Notes under the pieces: generated by a model
Databases searched by the model: none
What the model was told of the DNA's origin: nothing
The model's input: the letters and a program-made list of their open reading frames with translations, nothing else
Made by a program: the position numbers and the translations under genes
Part shown: in pieces, positions 60,801 to 64,000 of the stretch
Layout of the letters: every line of letters begins with the position of its first letter
Position numbering within the stretch: position 1 is the stretch's first letter
DNA from: Klebsormidium nitens
Lineage: Eukaryota; Plantae; Klebsormidiophyceae
DNA: 64,000 nucleotides
Assembly: GCA_000708835.1 (NCBI GenBank)
Contig: DF237036.1
Span: 1 to 64,000 of the forward strand
Reading direction: 5' to 3'

Positions 60801-63579
60801 TAGCGTCGCGATGTCTTAACAAGGCTGTTCTGCTAGGAAACTTCGCAAGAGGGTTCTCTGGACCGGCAAGCTCAGCAGATGTCCGGAACTACCAGTGAAG
60901 GTAGTTTCAGAAGGAAGAACATAGAGACTTATACCTGCATCGCGTTTTCCCCGTTCCTGAACACGACCAGGTTATGCTTGACCAGGTCGTTTTCCGCGAG
61001 GCTTGCTTCCGGCAGCTGCTTCAGTTCTGCTTCCGCTGCCTTTCCGTTGTACAAGCGGAAGTGGTTGCACGCCTTCAGGTTGACCGCGAGCGCGCTCTGA
61101 GGGTTGGCTTGTAGATACGCCTGGAGAATCTCCAGGCTGACGTCATAGTAGTCGAGCTTGCAGTAGCAGAGGGCCACGTAGACATTCAGCGCCAGAAAGT
61201 CCCTGTGGCAAATCAAAGCGCGCTATTGACTTTGGTAAACAATAGCTAACGTCATTTTTGCAGTAAGGTGTTTTTGCAGACGTCATGCTGAAGTGCCTAA
61301 ACGATTTGCAGGCTGACGTCATAGTCGAGCTTGCAGTAGCAGAGGGGCCACGTAGACATTGAGCGCCAGAAAGTCCCTGTATCAAGTCAAAAGCGTGCTC
61401 TTTGACTTAGATACAGAAGCCGAGATTAATGATATAGATCAAAAGCGTTTGTAGACTCGTCATGCTGAAATGCCAGAACGATCTCCAGGCTGACGTCATA
61501 GTCGAGCTTGCAGTAGCAGAGGGCCACGTACACATTGAGCGCCAGAAAGTCCCTGTGGCAAAATAAAAGTGGCACTGATATACCTGTACAGAAAACTTGT
61601 TCAACGTCTTTGACGACGCGATACGGTGAAATGGCTGGGGGGATCTCCAGGCTGACGTCATGTATGTTGTTCAATGAAGGACACGACAGATAAACTTCAG
61701 GCCTCGAGATTCTTATGGGGCTGTTGGAACCTTCCAAAGTACTGGGGATTCATAACGCCGAGCGCATTTGTCATGACACAGGGGGGATGTAGGTCAAGGC
61801 CACAAGGAACCCGTAGCTCACAAATATCTTCTCTAGTTAGATTAGGGGACTCAAGCTTTGCTGCAAATGCAGTAATTCTCTCAGACACCTTTCCGTTGCT
61901 GTTTAATCCTGGGTCCTTTCAGGGGTTGCATCGATAGTGTGCGCTGTAGAGGCTCGCGCTTGGCCAGCGCTTACGATTTCGGCGACCGAACATGAAACAT
62001 AGACCAACAAATCTACTAAATAAAAGCGTATTGCAATATCAAGCAGGTGTCATTGTCCAGTCGCATCGCCCTCTCCTAATGGCATTTCAGATGATGCACT
62101 TTGGCGAGATTGTGCTGGCCCTTTCGCAATGTCCACGTAGCAGTCGAGAAGGGCACAAAGAAGAAGAGGAGGCTAGCGTAGTTTCCACCGGAATCTTCGC
62201 TTCGAAAACGTCAAACGAAAGAGGACTATACGAAATAGTCAAGGAGAGGCCAAGAGACGACCATCGCCTGTTCTCCAACAACAGCCGTGTGTAGCTTTCC
62301 GCAGCTTCTTGGTAACTCTCCAATGTCAGTGCATGCTAGTTAAACTGAGCTAGCAATGCTGCACCCTTTGCGTGAAACCTCAATGACGAACCACCACCTC
62401 GAACGCCAGAAAAGCTGGATCAGAGAATGAAGAACTGAAGGAGACTCTTGCCTGTACTTTGGAAGAAGTCTCTTGTATTAGATGTCCGTCGCCTCTTGAT
62501 GGTGGCTTCAAAGAGAGTGCATGCTGGCAAATTTAGCTTATGCTTGCTCGCACCGCTTCAGGAGATAATACTCTGATCCCGGGACTGAAACAGAAGAGCG
62601 AATGATCCGTGGAGAAAGACTTGCCTGTTCTCCAACAATAGCCGTTTGTAGATGTCGGTCGCCTCTTGGTAGTGGCTCCCCAGATAGTGCACACTGGCAA
62701 GACTCAACAAGTACGTGCTCGTCCCTTTCAACGAATAATACTTTGCCGAGCCACGATCACTTCTCAGGAGTGAATCAGCAGAATGGACCTCAGAAGTGAA
62801 TCAGCGAAATGGACCTCCACGATCCGTGAGGAGACTTGCCTCTTTTCTCAATGAGCAATCTTTGTAGGTGTCCTTCGCCTCTTGATGGTGGCTTCGTAGA
62901 GTGCACGCTGGCAAACTCAGCAGATACCCGCTCGCGCCCTTTCAGAAGACAACACTCCGATCCCGGGACTGAAGCGGGAGAACAAAGAAACCATGAAGAG
63001 AGACTTGCCTGTTCTCTAAAAGTATTCTCTTGTAGATGTCCGTCGCGTCTTGGTAGTGGCTCCGCAGATAGTGCACGCTGGCAGGACTCGGCTGAAACTT
63101 GCTCGAACCCTTTCAACGAATAGTACAACTGCCGACTCACGAATCTGTTCCAGATGTGAACGAGCAGAATGGACAATTCCAGAGGAGACTTGCCTGTTCT
63201 CCAGAAGAAGTCTCTTGTACTTGTCCGTCGTTTCCTTGATAGTGGCTCCGTAGATATTGCGCGCTGACCAAAATGAGCTTGTACTTGCACGCCCCCTTCG
63301 AATGACTTCAACGACAAAGCACGAAAGGAACGCGCAACGGAACCAGATGGCAGATGGCAGATGGCACCCTGAACGAGACTTGCCTGTTTTCTAGAAGAAG
63401 TCTCTTGTAGATGTCCGTCGCCTCTTGATAGTGGCTCCGCAGATAATGCACACTGGCCAAACTGAGCTGGTCTTCCAGGCTGTCCGTCAGTTGCTGGTGG
63501 AACTGCATCAGCTTCGCCTCATCGCCCGACTTATGTGCCAAGTGAAAGAGAAGCCGCGTTTGAAGAGGGTTCTTCGGAC
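54872..63579 (-). CDS. IFT56: Intraflagellar transport protein 56 (TTC26/DYF-13), 3' seven exons; 5' part outside window
   Basis: Exons 63579-63384 (GC donor), 61202-60935, 59435-59217, 58897-58793, 57509-57274, 55919-55700 and 54934-54872. Recognisable TTC26 sequence: [72 protein letters not shown]. Confidence 0.96.
55995..56440 (-). repeat. Acceptor-side echoes of IFT56 exon 55919-55700 (3 copies)
   Basis: Copies read [50 protein letters not shown] and [22 protein letters not shown]. Confidence 0.92.
56700..58470 (-). repeat. Two-sided echo array around IFT56 exon 57509-57274
   Basis: About 6 acceptor-side copies (tgcag|tccat.aaaagctactac...ttcgcctggaa) at 57590-58470 and 3-4 donor-side copies at 56700-57200. 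Confidence 0.92.
59440..60565 (-). repeat. Acceptor-side echoes of IFT56 exon 59435-59217, interrupted by an assembly gap
   Basis: Copies of 'cag|gtccttccgaccatgctcgacatgccgcaagaagcccgcc' at ~59520-59590, 60014-60065, 60140-60225, 60320-60375 and 60490-60565. Confidence 0.9.
59661..60013. other. Assembly gap (353 N)
   Basis: Run of n characters. Confidence 1.
60688..60737 (-). repeat. G-tract dispersed element, copy 2
   Basis: gggacgggtagggttactttgggggctttagggtgggtacgggtgaggag; its reverse complement matches 20082-20130. Confidence 0.75.
61270..61670 (-). repeat. Acceptor-side echoes of IFT56 exon 61202-60935
   Basis: cag|ggactttctggcgctcaatgt.tacgtggccctctgctactgcaagctcgacta at ~61310-61385 and ~61480-61560; fragment at ~61630-61665. 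Confidence 0.9.
62250..63310 (-). repeat. Donor-side echo array of IFT56 exon 63579-63384 (6 clear copies, ~180-190 nt period)
   Basis: On the + strand, 'gagacttgcct...gatgtccgtcgcctcttg..agtggctcc' recurs at ~63184, 63000, 62830, 62615, 62440 and 62255. Confidence 0.95.
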
Positions 63580-63669
63580 CTGCAAAGCAAAGTACTTGGA
63601 TCCTTACATCCTTACATCCTACATCATTGCGGTTATTTCTAACATCGCTTGCTGTCAAGAATTGTTAGT

Positions 63670-63900
63670 ATCTGTCAGTTCCTGGCGAAACTGCATCAGC
63701 TTCGCCTCATCACCCGACTTATGCGCCAAGTGGAACAACAAGCGCGTCTGGAGGGGCTTCTTGGGCCCTGTGATTCTGTAGATCCAGAAGATGGGAATTC
63801 TAGACAACAATCTTCTTTTTGGTCTAAGATCCAGCTTCGCTTACTCGAAGTCTGCATCAAGAGCAGATTCTTGGGGCCTGTGATTGAAACGTCTGGATCA
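63670..63900 (-). repeat. Acceptor-side echoes of IFT56 exon 63579-63384
   Basis: cacag|[33 protein letters not shown] at 63767-63670; short fragment at ~63865-63890. Confidence 0.92.
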
Positions 63901-64000
63901 ATCAGTGGCAAGAAACTCAGTGAACAAGAAGTCCACAATGCCGTCGAAAAACCAAGGCAAATGTTCGCTTCGCACACGCACTACTCTAAACCTCCCTACC

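Noticed and set aside
57540-63310. Regularly spaced repeats resembling a CRISPR array
   Set aside because: Units are long degenerate copies of host exon junctions with no constant repeat and unique spacer structure, no cas genes are present, and the context is eukaryotic.

Overview
Eukaryotic, intron-rich genomic window. Plant-type ABCC and LOG-family genes together with the flagellar gene IFT56 suggest a flagellate-producing streptophyte alga such as Klebsormidium (inference). Genes: a ~25-exon ABCC/MRP transporter (-, ~1.3-24.3 kb); an unrecognised protein with a Pro/Ser/Arg-rich tail carrying two single-base frame breaks (-, 30.0-34.4 kb); a LOG/lysine-decarboxylase-like protein (+, 36.3-41.0 kb); an F-box-like gene (-); a BTB/POZ gene (-); an SLC25 mitochondrial carrier (+, 48.5-53.3 kb); and the 3' part of IFT56/TTC26 (-, 54.9-63.6 kb, continuing beyond the window). 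The main unexplained structure is that introns are filled with tandem degenerate copies ('echoes') of the adjacent splice junction. Acceptor plus exon 5' half is repeated upstream, exon 3' half plus donor is repeated downstream, with ~120-190 nt periods, and similarity generally decays away from the live exon. The best-preserved echoes differ from the live exon mostly at synonymous sites (hand count 53 synonymous vs 16 non-synonymous codons in six echoes), which simple neutral decay does not predict. Also seen: palindrome-dense patches at gene 3' junctions, a MITE-like fold-back, and a dispersed G-tract element. No tRNA, rRNA or CRISPR could be supported. All exon coordinates were derived by hand from GT/GC-AG sites and phase continuity.
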